A DNA stretch of 38,150 nucleotides, from positions 1-38,150 of the forward strand of contig DATBAU010000143.1 of assembly GCA_036271355.1 (NCBI GenBank), in the 5' to 3' direction. This stretch comes from Rudaea sp. Lineage in GTDB: Bacteria > Pseudomonadota > Gammaproteobacteria > Xanthomonadales > Rhodanobacteraceae. A program made the translations under genes and the position numbers. The notes below the pieces were generated by a model that was not told the origin of the DNA, made no database searches, and saw nothing but the letters and a program-made list of their open reading frames with translations. Positions 28,844 through 38,150 of this stretch are shown one piece after another (the first letter of the stretch is position 1; every line of letters begins with the position of its first letter).

Positions 28844-29530
28844 ATGGCGAAGCGTGCACGGAAGCGTAACCCATCGTTCGTGATCGGCCTCGCGCTGCTG
28901 TTTTTCTTCGGCGTAGTCGTTTGGTACGGCGTCACGCAACTGGGCTGGCGGCTCAAGGAGCACGCGGAAGCGCCGGTAGCGACCGTTCCGCAAACGCCGG
29001 TCGATCCAGCCAGCGAAGGCAAGCGCGTAACGGTCAGCGGCAAACTCGCCACGCCGGCGGCGGTGCACGATCCCGAGCTCGGCCTCAGCGTCGACGCGAT
29101 TGTACTTTTGCGCAATGTGGAAATGTATCAATGGCGCGAGCAGTGCGCCGGATCGGACTGCACCTACGACACTGCGTGGTCGGCCACGCCGATCGACTCC
29201 TCGAAATTCCGCGCGCCCGCAGGGCATGAGAATCCACGTTTCCCGTTTACCGCAGCGCGTTTTGCGACGGGCCCGGTGCGCATCGCCGGCTACGTCGTCG
29301 ATCCGGATCTGATCGCCGAACAAGTGCAGCCCGAGAAATATCCGACGCACGTCGCGAATCTGCCGCCGAATCTCGCCGTCAATTTCCACGATTCCGACGG
29401 CGACCTCGTCACCGCCGACGACGTGAACCATCCCAAGGTCGGCGCGCTGCGCGTAAGCTACCGAATTATTCCCACGCGCACGGCCAGTCTCACTGGCGTG
29501 CAGCACGGGCAGCGATTGAGCGTGAACTGA
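28844..29530 (+). CDS. TMEM43 (DUF1625)-like protein
   Basis: N-terminal TM; EGKRVTVSG, DPELGL, LLRNVEMYQWRE, W....IDSSKF....GHENP, PKVGALRVSY. Confidence 0.8.
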   Translation: MAKRARKRNPSFVIGLALLFFFGVVVWYGVTQLGWRLKEHAEAPVATVPQTPVDPASEGKRVTVSGKLATPAAVHDPELGLSVDAIVLLRNVEMYQWREQCAGSDCTYDTAWSATPIDSSKFRAPAGHENPRFPFTAARFATGPVRIAGYVVDPDLIAEQVQPEKYPTHVANLPPNLAVNFHDSDGDLVTADDVNHPKVGALRVSYRIIPTRTASLTGVQHGQRLSVN

Positions 29531-29540
29531 TGGGGGAGCG

Positions 29541-29945
29541 ATGAAAATTACGGGACTTTATGCGGCGCTGATGGCGCTTCTTGTCGTGGTGCTGGCGTTG
29601 CGCGTGGTGATGTTCCGGCGCAGCGCGCGCATCGGTCTGGGTGACGGCAACAATCCGGATTTGCTGAAACGCATCCGCGTGCACGGCAATGCCGTCGAAT
29701 ACGTTCCGTTCTATCTGTTGCTGATGCTCATCCTCGAGCTCAACCAGACCGCGCCGATCCTGATCCATGCATTCGGCATCGTTCTCGTCGTTGCGCGCCT
29801 GATGCATGCGTGGGGCGTGTCGCGGCACAGCGGCATCACCGCCGGCCGCGCGCTCGGCGCGGGTTTGACAGTGCTGATGATGGTGCTGATGGCGCTGCTG
29901 CTGCTCTGGCAGTTCTTCGCGATGGCGATTATTTCGGCGCGGTGA
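29541..29945 (+). CDS. MAPEG family membrane protein (YecN-like)
   Basis: ITGLYAA, GLGDG, IRVHGNAVEYVP, ARLMHAWG. Confidence 0.9.
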   Translation: MKITGLYAALMALLVVVLALRVVMFRRSARIGLGDGNNPDLLKRIRVHGNAVEYVPFYLLLMLILELNQTAPILIHAFGIVLVVARLMHAWGVSRHSGITAGRALGAGLTVLMMVLMALLLLWQFFAMAIISAR

Positions 29946-30483
29946 ACAGCACGTCGGCGTGATCGAGAAAATATAGTCCGGCGAACAGTTTCGGATCGAT
30001 CGAATAACCCTCGCGCGATTTCTGCAACAACCACGCGGCCGCGTCGTCGCGCGGGATTTCGTGGACCACGATATCTTCCGTCGCATCTCCACCGCCTGCG
30101 TTCACACGCGTGAGTCCGTGCGCGCGGACGAAGGCGATGATCTCGTTGCTCATGCCCGCCGATGACGGACCGGCCATGAGGAATTCCACGCGCTCGGCGC
30201 GATAGCCGGTTTCCTCGACGAGCTCGCGCTTCGCCGCGGCGACGGCCGATTCGCTCGCGCTGCCGGCGATGTCGCCGACGAGACCGGCGGGCATTTCGAT
30301 CGTCTTGGCTTTGACCGCTTCGCGCCATTGCTCGACGAACACGATGCGGTTCTGCGGCGTCATCGCGACGATGATCACACCGCCGCTCGGATTGGTGCGT
30401 TCGGCGTATTCCCAGCGGCCGCGCTTCATCAGGCGCAGCCAGCGTCCTTCGTAGAGTGTTTCGGTGTTTTCGGTTCCTGACAT
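29929..30483 (-). CDS. NUDIX hydrolase (ADP-ribose pyrophosphatase-like)
   Basis: EMPAGLVGD...AAKRELVEETGY Nudix box. Confidence 0.9.
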   Translation of the reverse strand: MSGTENTETLYEGRWLRLMKRGRWEYAERTNPSGGVIIVAMTPQNRIVFVEQWREAVKAKTIEMPAGLVGDIAGSASESAVAAAKRELVEETGYRAERVEFLMAGPSSAGMSNEIIAFVRAHGLTRVNAGGGDATEDIVVHEIPRDDAAAWLLQKSREGYSIDPKLFAGLYFLDHADVLFTAPK

Positions 30484-30634
30484 GCTCGTTTCCGTGTTCG
30501 TCGCGCCGATCGGGGAAATCGGCGATAATACTGGGCTCGGCGCGCTGTGCCGCCGCGCGGTCCGTCGCACGCCGCCGAACTTCACCGGCGCGGCACGGTC
30601 ACACTTCGTTCAATCAATCATCATGGATTCGGGC

Positions 30635-32110
30635 ATGAAAACTCAATCGTGGATGTTCGCCGCTGCGTTGATGGCGGCGTCCAGCGTTCAAGCGGAACCG
30701 GCCAAGAAACCGGCGGCCGGCCCGTCGGCGCCCGTCGCGCAGCGCGCCGAATCGTTGACGCAGGATCAGATCGAGCAATCGCACGACGTCGCAGCGCTGT
30801 CGCGCCTCGCCCAGCTTTATTCGCAGCAGAACGACTACGAACGCCTGTCGTGGGTGCTCAAGCGCGTGAGCGAACTGATGCCGAATTCGGGCGAGATCAA
30901 ACTGCAACTCGCGCTCGTTTATGCCAAGCAGAACAACAAGTCGGGCGCGTACGACACGCTGATGCACATGCAGATGCAGGGTTTCGGCTACGACATCTCG
31001 AAGGATCCGCGCTTCGAGCCGATCCACGGCAATAAGGTGTGGGATTATCTCGTCGCCAACCTCAACGTGAATTCGAAATCGTTCGGCGAGGGCAAAGTCG
31101 CATTCGAACTACCGAAATCCGACAACCTGATGAACGCGCTCGCGTGGGATCCCAAGCGCAAGTCGTTGCTGATCGGCAGCGAGCGCGATGGATCGATCCA
31201 TCTGCTCAGCGAAAAAGGCAAGCTCACCGATTTCATCGCGGCCGGTTCCAATCCCAGTCTGTGGGGCGTGGACGCGCTCGGCGTCGACAGTGCGCATGAC
31301 AAACTGTACGTCGCGACGTCGGCTTCGTCGAAGTTCGCGAAGTTCTCCGCCGACAACGCCAACAAGGCCGCATTGCTCGAGTTCGATCTGTCGTCGGGCA
31401 AGTTCGTGAAGAAATACACGCCGGCGCAGGACATCCCGCGCACGTTCACCGACATCGCGGTGAGCGAGAACGGCATGGCCTTCGTCGCCGACGGTGCGCA
31501 TCACGAAGTGTTCAAGCTCGAAGGCGACGCGCTCAAACCGGTCGTGACGAATTCCAAACTCACGGCGATCAGCGCGATCGCCATTAGCACGAACGGACGC
31601 GTGCTCTACATCGCAGACTACGCGCTCGGCATTTTCGGTTTCGATCTGGCCAAAGGCGAAGCGTTCGAGCCGGCATACAACGTCGACCAACTCGTGCTCG
31701 GCGGAATCACCGACATGCATTTTTACGACGGCACGCTCATCATCACCGAAGACGGCATGGTGCCGAAACGCGTGATGCGCCTCGGTCTGTCGCCGGATGG
31801 CCGTTCCATCAAGTCCGCCATGCCGCTCGATGTGGCGAGCCAGGATTTCATCGCGCTCGGCGACGGCGCGATCGCCGGCGACAGGCTGTACTTCATCACC
31901 AACAAACAGGATTCGCTGTACGACCGCAACGGCGTGCTCACCGATCCAACGCAGGCGGAAGGCGAAGCGGTGTTCGCGAGCAACCTGCGCTTCGCGTGGG
32001 GACAATCGGGCGCGATGGCGGCGCCGATTCCGATCAAGCAGGGCGATCCGTCGATGCTAAAGGAAGGGCCCGGCTTTCACACCACGCCGCCCGAGCAGAA
32101 AACTCACTGA
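30635..32110 (+). CDS. Secreted protein: TPR-like N-terminus + SMP-30/gluconolactonase-like beta-propeller
   Basis: Signal peptide MKTQSWMFAAALMAASSVQA; helical TPR-like segment; blades ALAWD, KLYVA, FTDIAV, IAISTNGRVLYIADY. Confidence 0.72.
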   Translation: MKTQSWMFAAALMAASSVQAEPAKKPAAGPSAPVAQRAESLTQDQIEQSHDVAALSRLAQLYSQQNDYERLSWVLKRVSELMPNSGEIKLQLALVYAKQNNKSGAYDTLMHMQMQGFGYDISKDPRFEPIHGNKVWDYLVANLNVNSKSFGEGKVAFELPKSDNLMNALAWDPKRKSLLIGSERDGSIHLLSEKGKLTDFIAAGSNPSLWGVDALGVDSAHDKLYVATSASSKFAKFSADNANKAALLEFDLSSGKFVKKYTPAQDIPRTFTDIAVSENGMAFVADGAHHEVFKLEGDALKPVVTNSKLTAISAIAISTNGRVLYIADYALGIFGFDLAKGEAFEPAYNVDQLVLGGITDMHFYDGTLIITEDGMVPKRVMRLGLSPDGRSIKSAMPLDVASQDFIALGDGAIAGDRLYFITNKQDSLYDRNGVLTDPTQAEGEAVFASNLRFAWGQSGAMAAPIPIKQGDPSMLKEGPGFHTTPPEQKTH

Positions 32111-32997
32111 GTTACCGCGAAGCCGCGCAGTCGGCTTCGCGTGAGCGGTCCGAAGCGAAGTTTTTCGATCAGGTCGTCGATCGCGGAAAGATCCGGTGTT
32201 CCGCGCGACATACCATCGGCGTGCGGCGGCACCGGCGCATCGAGCGCAATCGCGCTCAACATGCGAGACAGCAACGCTTGTTCGCGGTGTTCCTTTAGCC
32301 GCAGATAAATCTGGCCCGCGCCGCGGAAACGCAGGTACGGAACTTCTTCCACGCGGCGCAGCAGTTCGTCGAGCGAACCGAAATGCGCGAGCAATATCGC
32401 TGCCGTCTTCGCGCCGATGCCGGGCACGCCGGGAATGTTGTCGACGGCGTCGCCCGTGAGCGCGAGGAAATCGACGACCTGATCCGGACGCACACCGAGA
32501 CGCTGCTTCACGCCGTCGACGTTCCAGCGCAGGTCGCGTCCGAAATCCCATTGTTCGTCGTGCACTTCGATGAGCTGGCCGAAATCCTTGTCAGCGGAAA
32601 TCACGACGGAACGAAAACCGTGTTTGCGCATGCCGATCATCGCGCTGCCGATCAGATCGTCGGCTTCGTAATGCTCGTGCGAAAGAACGCACAAGCCGAG
32701 TGCGGCAGAGACTTGTTTGCAATAGGCGAACTGCCGGCGCAATTCATCCGGCGGCAATTCGCGGTTGGCTTTGTAGTCGGGATAGATTGTGTTGCGAAAC
32801 GAACTGGTCAGCGATTCGTCGAACGCGACCGCGACATGCGTCGGCTTCGCGCGTTCGAGGAAGTCGCACAGGAATCGCGCGAATCCATACACCGCGTTGA
32901 CCGGCGCGCCTTCGTGATCGTGAAACGTCGGCGGCACGGCGTGCCACGAACGGAACACGTAAAGGCTCGCGTCGATCAGGTACAACGTCTGGTTCAT
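32104..32997 (-). CDS. 5'-3' exonuclease / flap endonuclease family protein
   Basis: YLIDASLYVFR, AVAFD, FRNTIYPDYKANR, YEADDLIG, SADKD, ALTGDAVDNIPGVPGIGAKTA. Confidence 0.93.
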   Translation of the reverse strand: MNQTLYLIDASLYVFRSWHAVPPTFHDHEGAPVNAVYGFARFLCDFLERAKPTHVAVAFDESLTSSFRNTIYPDYKANRELPPDELRRQFAYCKQVSAALGLCVLSHEHYEADDLIGSAMIGMRKHGFRSVVISADKDFGQLIEVHDEQWDFGRDLRWNVDGVKQRLGVRPDQVVDFLALTGDAVDNIPGVPGIGAKTAAILLAHFGSLDELLRRVEEVPYLRFRGAGQIYLRLKEHREQALLSRMLSAIALDAPVPPHADGMSRGTPDLSAIDDLIEKLRFGPLTRSRLRGFAVTQ

Positions 32998-33002
32998 GAC
33001 GG

Positions 33003-33593
33003 CTACGGTTTCCACTCGCCGACGACATCCGCGAGCAACGGCCGCGTGCGTTCCGGTGGGCGTTCGCGCGGCGTGCCGATGTGCATGAATCCGACGATTC
33101 GTTCGTCGTCTTTCAGTCCGAACAGCGCGCCCGCTTTCGGCTCGTACGCGGCCCAGCCGGTGAGCCATTGGCCGGAAAGTCCAAGCGATTGCGCGCCGAT
33201 CAACAAACTGTACGCGACGCATCCGGCCGACAGGATCTGCTCCTGCGCCGGCACTTTCTTGTGATGCCCGTCGACGACCGCGATGACCACGATCATCAGC
33301 GGCGACGCGGCCAATCGCGCGCGATCCTTTTCGAGCTTCGCCGGCGCCACATCCGGATCGACTTCAGCATGCAGTTTGGCCAGCGCCTCCCCGAGTTTCA
33401 GGCGCGCGTCGTCGCGCACCAGCAGCAGCCGCCAAGGCGTGAGCTTGCCGTGATCGGGCACGCGGACGGCGGCGCTCAGCAATCGATCGAGCTGTTCGGC
33501 CGTGGGTCCCGGCTCGCCCAGTTGCAGCGCCGGCGCGGAAATACGCTCGTTCAGCGCCGCGAGCGGATCGGCGTAAAGAGGTTGCATCGTCAT
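33003..33593 (-). CDS. Nitroreductase family protein (YdjA-like)
   Basis: AVRVPDHGKLTPWR, EQILSAG, QWLTGW, IVGFMHIGT. Confidence 0.92.
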   Translation of the reverse strand: MTMQPLYADPLAALNERISAPALQLGEPGPTAEQLDRLLSAAVRVPDHGKLTPWRLLLVRDDARLKLGEALAKLHAEVDPDVAPAKLEKDRARLAASPLMIVVIAVVDGHHKKVPAQEQILSAGCVAYSLLIGAQSLGLSGQWLTGWAAYEPKAGALFGLKDDERIVGFMHIGTPRERPPERTRPLLADVVGEWKP

Positions 33594-33678
33594 CTGTGCA
33601 TACTAGCGGTGGCGCGAAAGCTCGGCTAGCATCGACGGCTCGCGTGGGATCACATAGCGTTCAACCTGGGAGGGGAGG

Positions 33679-34812
33679 ATGGCGACGACCGTAGGCGTGG
33701 TACGCGAGAGCGTGCCCGGGGAGCGCCGTGTAGCGCTGACTCCCGACGTAGCGAAAAAGATCAAGGCGAAAGGCGCCGACATCGTGATCGAAAACGGCGC
33801 GGGCAACACCGCCAGTTTTCCCGATGCCACGTTCAAGGATGTTTCGACGGCGAGTGCGCGCGATGTGCTCTCGCGCAGCGACGTGCTGCTGAAAGTGCAA
33901 CCGCCGACGCTCGACGAAATCGGCGCATTGCGCGAAGGCACCGTCGTGATCGGCTATCTCGCGCCGCATCAGTCGCCCGAGCGCACGAAGGCGTTACGCG
34001 ATCGAAAGATCACGTCGTTCGCCATGGAACTGCTCCCGCGCACGACGCGCGCGCAAGCGATGGACGTGTTGTCCTCGCAAGCGAACATCGCCGGCTACAA
34101 AGCCGTGCTGATTGCTGCGGAAGCGAGTCCGAAATTCTTCCCGATGCTCACGACGGCTGCCGGAACGATTCGTCCGAGCAAAGTATTGATCGTCGGCGCG
34201 GGCGTTGCGGGATTGCAGGCCATCGCAACCGCGCGCCGACTCGGCGGACAAGTCGAAGGCTTCGACGTGCGTCCGGAAACGGCGGAACAGATTCGTTCGC
34301 TCGGCGCGAAATTCCTCGACCTCGGCGTCAGCGCAGCCGGTAGTGGCGGTTATGCGCGTGAACTCACGGCAGAAGAACGTGCGCAGCAACAGACTGCGCT
34401 CGCCGAACATCTGAAAGGCATCGACGTCATCGTCACCACGGCGGCGGTTCCAGGCCGCGCTGCGCCGAAAATCATCAGCCGCGCGATGGTCGACGGCATG
34501 AAGCCGGGATCGGTGATCGTCGATATCGCCGCGGAAACCGGTGGCAACTGCGAGTACACCGAAGCGGGCAAAACGATCACGACGCCGAACGGCGTCACGG
34601 TGATCGGTCCGGTGAATCTGCCGGCCACCACGCCGATCAACGCGAGCGAACTGTACGCGAAGAATTTGTATAACTTCCTTGAGCTGAGCCTGAAAGACGG
34701 CGCGATGAATCTCGACTGGACCGACGAACTGATCGCCAAGACGTGCCTCACGCATGCAGGCGAAATCAAGCACGAGCCGACGAAGAAACTGGTGGAAGGA
34801 GCGCAGCCATGA
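33679..34812 (+). CDS. pntA: NAD(P) transhydrogenase alpha subunit, part 1 (PntAA)
   Basis: ERRVALTP, RAQAMDVLSSQ, TAAGTIRP, GAGVAGLQAI, GGNCE. Confidence 0.95.
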   Translation: MATTVGVVRESVPGERRVALTPDVAKKIKAKGADIVIENGAGNTASFPDATFKDVSTASARDVLSRSDVLLKVQPPTLDEIGALREGTVVIGYLAPHQSPERTKALRDRKITSFAMELLPRTTRAQAMDVLSSQANIAGYKAVLIAAEASPKFFPMLTTAAGTIRPSKVLIVGAGVAGLQAIATARRLGGQVEGFDVRPETAEQIRSLGAKFLDLGVSAAGSGGYARELTAEERAQQQTALAEHLKGIDVIVTTAAVPGRAAPKIISRAMVDGMKPGSVIVDIAAETGGNCEYTEAGKTITTPNGVTVIGPVNLPATTPINASELYAKNLYNFLELSLKDGAMNLDWTDELIAKTCLTHAGEIKHEPTKKLVEGAQP

Positions 34813-35120
34813 TCGACGGATTTCTCGCACTTTATCTGTTCATGCTCGCCGCCTTCACCGGGCACGAGATCATCTCGCGCGTGCCGGTGATTCTGCATAC
34901 GCCGTTGATGTCGGGCTCGAATTTCGTGCACGGCATCGTGCTCGTCGGCGCGATGATCGCGCTCGGCGAAGCGACCACGCATCTGCAGCAGATCATCGGT
35001 TTCATCGGTGTGTTCCTCGGCGCCGGCAACGCGGCCGGTGGTTACGTCGTCACCGAACGCATGCTCGAGATGTTCAAGTCGAGCAAGAAGCCCGGCTCCG
35101 ATAAGCAGGGAGCGAAATGA
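34809..35120 (+). CDS. NAD(P) transhydrogenase alpha subunit, part 2 (PntAB)
   Basis: VPVILHTPLMSGSNFVHG, GGYVVTERMLEMF; ATGA overlap. Confidence 0.93.
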   Translation: MIDGFLALYLFMLAAFTGHEIISRVPVILHTPLMSGSNFVHGIVLVGAMIALGEATTHLQQIIGFIGVFLGAGNAAGGYVVTERMLEMFKSSKKPGSDKQGAK

Positions 35121-36553
35121 TGAGTACCGACTACATCGTTTCCATCCTGATCCAGGCGAGTTACTTCATCGCCGCGGTGCTGCTCATCATGGGCATCAAG
35201 CGGATGTCGTCGCCCGTCACCGCGCGCTCCGGCATTCAATGGGCGGGCGTGGGTGTGCTCGTCGCGGTCGTCGCCACGTTCTTCCACGGCGCGGGCAACG
35301 GCCATGTATTCATCGAGAACGCCGCGCTGATTTTCATCGCGATCGCCATCAGTACGGCGGCGGCGTGGTACAGCGGCAAGAAAGTCGCGATGACCGACAT
35401 GCCGCAGATGGTCGCGCTGTACAACGGCATGGGCGGAGGTTCGGCGGCGGCGATTGGCGCGAGCGCGCTGCTCGGTGCCGCGTTCTCCGCGTCGCCGGAA
35501 ACCGCGTTGACCGAAACGCAAAAAGTGCTCGCCGTGATCGGTGCGTTGATCGGCGCGATTTCGTTCACGGGTTCGCTGATCGCATTCGCGAAACTGCAAG
35601 GCCTGATGGACAGAACGTTTCGTTTCAGCGGCCAGAAGATCGTCAACGGCGTCTGTTTTCTGCTGGCGGTGATCGCCGGCGCGGTTGTCGTCATGCATAT
35701 GTATCCGCACGCGATCGTTCTGTTCTTCGTGTTCGCGCTGCTGTTCGGCATTTTGATGACGCTCCCGATTGGCGGTGCCGACATGCCCGTCGTCATTTCG
35801 CTATACAACGCGTTCACCGGCCTCGCCGTCGGTTTCGAAGGTTATGTGCAAGGCAACGTCGCCCTGATCATTGCCGGTACCGTCGTCGGTGCGGCGGGTA
35901 CATTGCTCACGCGTTTGATGGCCAAGGCGATGAATCGCTCGATCAGCAACGTGCTGTTCTCGAACTTCGGCAGCGGTGGCGGAACGGCGCAGGAAATCAA
36001 AGGTTCGCTCAAGCCGATCGAGGCCGACGACGCAGCATCGCTGCTCTACATGGCCGAGAAAATCATCATCGTCCCCGGCTATGGCATGGCCGTCGCGCAA
36101 GCGCAGCACAAGATCTGGGAACTATCGAAAGATCTCATCAAGCGCGAGAAGGATGTGAAGTTCGCGATCCATCCCGTCGCGGGCCGAATGCCTGGCCACA
36201 TGAACGTGCTGCTCGCCGAAGCCGGCGTGCCGTACGACCTCATCACCGACATGGACGACATCAATCCGGAGTTCCCGAATTGCGACGTCGCCATCGTCAT
36301 CGGCGCGAACGACGTCGTGAATCCGGTGGCCAAGACCGACAAGTCATCGCCGATCTACGGCATGCCGATCCTTGATGTCGCCAAGGCGAAACAGGTGATC
36401 GTGATCAAGCGCGGCAAGGGAACCGGTTTCGCCGGCATCGAAAACGCGCTGTTCTATCAGGACAACTGCCGCATGCTCTACGCCGACGGCCAGGAAGCCG
36501 CGACGAAACTCATCGGCGGTCTCAAGGCGATGGACGGCGGCGGCGGTCACTAA
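35117..36553 (+). CDS. pntB: NAD(P) transhydrogenase beta subunit
   Basis: MPQMVALYNG, IGGADMPVVISL, VPGYGMAVAQAQH, HPVAGRMPGHMNVLLAEA, GANDVVNP. Confidence 0.97.
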   Translation: MMSTDYIVSILIQASYFIAAVLLIMGIKRMSSPVTARSGIQWAGVGVLVAVVATFFHGAGNGHVFIENAALIFIAIAISTAAAWYSGKKVAMTDMPQMVALYNGMGGGSAAAIGASALLGAAFSASPETALTETQKVLAVIGALIGAISFTGSLIAFAKLQGLMDRTFRFSGQKIVNGVCFLLAVIAGAVVVMHMYPHAIVLFFVFALLFGILMTLPIGGADMPVVISLYNAFTGLAVGFEGYVQGNVALIIAGTVVGAAGTLLTRLMAKAMNRSISNVLFSNFGSGGGTAQEIKGSLKPIEADDAASLLYMAEKIIIVPGYGMAVAQAQHKIWELSKDLIKREKDVKFAIHPVAGRMPGHMNVLLAEAGVPYDLITDMDDINPEFPNCDVAIVIGANDVVNPVAKTDKSSPIYGMPILDVAKAKQVIVIKRGKGTGFAGIENALFYQDNCRMLYADGQEAATKLIGGLKAMDGGGGH

Positions 36554-36560
36554 CGCCGCG

Positions 36561-36878
36561 ATGTTGTTCCTTTACAAGACGGCCCGCGGCGAATTTCATC
36601 GCCGCGCCGTCGATCTTCTCGAAGATAGCGGCATCGAAACGCATACGAAGAAGCTGGAAGGTTCGTCCTTACGGCCTTTTTTCCGCAGCGTGGAATACGA
36701 CATTTACGTCTGCAACGATCAGGACTTCGATCGCGCAAAACAATTGCTGATCGGGATCGGCGCGGACAATCCGCCGCCGGTTCAGTTGCCCGACCACTTC
36801 ACGACGACGTTGATGATCGTCGGCGCGCTGGCGTGTCTTATGGTCGGCCTCTATTTTTTCGACGGCGATTTCCACTGA
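36561..36878 (+). CDS. DUF2007-like small protein with a C-terminal TM helix
   Basis: DLLEDSGIE...IYV...DFDRAKQLL, then a hydrophobic tail. Confidence 0.6.
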   Translation: MLFLYKTARGEFHRRAVDLLEDSGIETHTKKLEGSSLRPFFRSVEYDIYVCNDQDFDRAKQLLIGIGADNPPPVQLPDHFTTTLMIVGALACLMVGLYFFDGDFH

Positions 36879-37297
36879 GCCGCAATCGCCGCGACGACGC
36901 AAGCAACTAGCGCGAAACCGATTCCCCAACCGCTGACGCTGTCGCGCGCGATGCGCCACGCATACGGCAAATCCATGCGGAACAACGTGTCGCGCAACGG
37001 AAACCCGAGCAGGTTCGCCATGCGCACCGCCGAAAACAGATACTGCGCGTAGACGAATGCGATCAGCGTCGCGAACACCGCCGCAATTGCGCCGCGGCGA
37101 TCCGTGTAACCCTGCCAGCGCATCGACAGTCCGATGACGAACGCGAACGCGATCAGGACAATCGTCGTTTCGCTATCGATGAAAATCGAAAGCAGACACC
37201 ACAACGCGCCGGCCGCGAGGCCGCTCAACAACGTGGCGGCGACGAGCATCGTGATGCTGCCGCGTTTGATCGGTGCCGAACCGTTTTCGATGGCCAT
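36851..37297 (-). CDS. Hypothetical membrane protein
   Basis: Four hydrophobic helices; GLAAGALW...LLGFPLRDTL. Confidence 0.65.
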   Translation of the reverse strand: MAIENGSAPIKRGSITMLVAATLLSGLAAGALWCLLSIFIDSETTIVLIAFAFVIGLSMRWQGYTDRRGAIAAVFATLIAFVYAQYLFSAVRMANLLGFPLRDTLFRMDLPYAWRIARDSVSGWGIGFALVACVVAAIAAQWKSPSKK

Positions 37298-37342
37298 GCG
37301 ACATTTTCGCACGTCGCCACGTTTCGCGTGATCGAACGTCCG

Positions 37343-37993
37343 CTACGTGGACGCGCCGAGCAATCTCTGCACAGAAGGTGGCAGCGGCAAATCGCAATCG
37401 TCCGACGGAATCGGCGTGCCGTAGACGGTGCGCATCGGCACGAGTCCGGCCCAATGCGGCAGCGTGAGATCGGCTTTGTCGTCCTTTACGCCCATATCGC
37501 GAATCTTCGCGGTGATGTCCTCGATCTGGAACTTCAGCACCGACGTCGCCGCGAGTTCGTTGCGGTCCGGCGCGCGTGATTCCGCCGACCGGCCGGGCAG
37601 CATTGCCTCGACGAAATGCGCGAGCGCGGCGATTTTCTCATCCGCATCCTCGATCACGTGCGCCTTGCCGAAGGCGACCACCGACCGATAATTCACCGAA
37701 TGATGAAAATGCGACCGCGCGAGCACCAGCGCATCGGCGATCGTCACCGTCACGCACGCGTCGATTCCGCTGCCGACGTCCTGCTGCAAACGGCTGGCGA
37801 TCGAACCGTGCAGGATCAGCGCATCGCCGCGCCGCACGTACAACATCGGGATGACGAAAGGCTGACCTCCGGCGCTGAAGCCGACATGCGCGAGCCACGC
37901 CGCATCGAGAATTCCGTATGCGGTCTCGTGGTCGTAATGCGCGCGTTCCTTGATGCGCTGGACGTGATGGCGCTCTTTCGGTTTCTTCGGCAT
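37343..37993 (-). CDS. Pyridoxamine 5'-phosphate oxidase-like flavin-binding protein (NimA-like)
   Basis: ERAHYD, AHVGF, PFVIP, LHGS, LVLARSHFHHSVNYRSVV, WAG. Confidence 0.9.
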   Translation of the reverse strand: MPKKPKERHHVQRIKERAHYDHETAYGILDAAWLAHVGFSAGGQPFVIPMLYVRRGDALILHGSIASRLQQDVGSGIDACVTVTIADALVLARSHFHHSVNYRSVVAFGKAHVIEDADEKIAALAHFVEAMLPGRSAESRAPDRNELAATSVLKFQIEDITAKIRDMGVKDDKADLTLPHWAGLVPMRTVYGTPIPSDDCDLPLPPSVQRLLGAST

Positions 37994-38039
37994 CGCTCGC
38001 TCGCAAACGGGACTTGACGCGAGCAGACTAGAGCCGCAA

Positions 38040-38061
38040 ATTGGCCGCCGCGAGAGCCAGT
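38040..38061. promoter_or_regulatory. Candidate MocR/GabR-type operator
   Basis: Imperfect inverted repeat ATTGGC-N10-GCCAGT between the divergent PNPOx-like gene and a GntR-like start. Confidence 0.35.
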
Positions 38062-38085
38062 TTCCATGGAATTTTAGGAGCCGCC

Positions 38086-38150
38086 TTGTTTCTCCAGCTC
38101 GACGATCAAGGACCGCGCTATCTGCAACTGTCGCGCGCGCTCAAGCAAGC
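38086..38150 (+). CDS. 5' end of a probable GntR/MocR-family regulator (runs off the window)
   Basis: AGGAG RBS, TTG start, MFLQLDDQGPRYLQLSRALKQ resembles the GntR wHTH N-terminus; only 21 codons visible. Confidence 0.5.
   Translation, partial: MFLQLDDQGPRYLQLSRALKQ

Noticed and set aside
33679-35120. pntA broken by mutation
   Set aside because: A split alpha subunit (PntAA + PntAB) is an established natural architecture, and both parts are intact with an ATGA overlap.

Overview
GC-rich bacterial chromosome segment. Gene content and order (mutY-yggX-DUF6491-tRNA-Phe; ftsY/rsmD-coaD-lipoprotein-yfhL-ggt; three-gene pnt) suggest Xanthomonadales, probably Rhodanobacteraceae (inference). The right half (21.3-38.1 kb) is mostly housekeeping. 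The left half is accessory and has four notable parts. (i) A secreted repeat protein ending in the motif DRVFENGFD. (ii) A probable uncharacterised amino-lipid/envelope-modification system in two convergent blocks: HAD-IB phosphatase + class-III aminotransferase facing an arginase-fold hydrolase, two ArnE/ArnF-like small transporters, an esterase, a NodF/NodE-like ACP-ketosynthase pair and a PhzF-like isomerase, with a PmrA-like box inside and a REP/MITE-like palindromic element at the junction. (iii) A ~1800-aa adhesin with 13 Ig-like repeats, 11 carrying a co-conserved Lys/Asp/Asn (isopeptide-like) triad, and an IPTL-CTERM-like tail. (iv) Small orphan genes beside tRNA-Phe. Also seen: a frameshifted DUF6491-like gene and a 24-bp in-frame duplication in rsmD. 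No integrase, transposase, rRNA or CRISPR array was recognised. All family calls come from motif recognition, not database searches.
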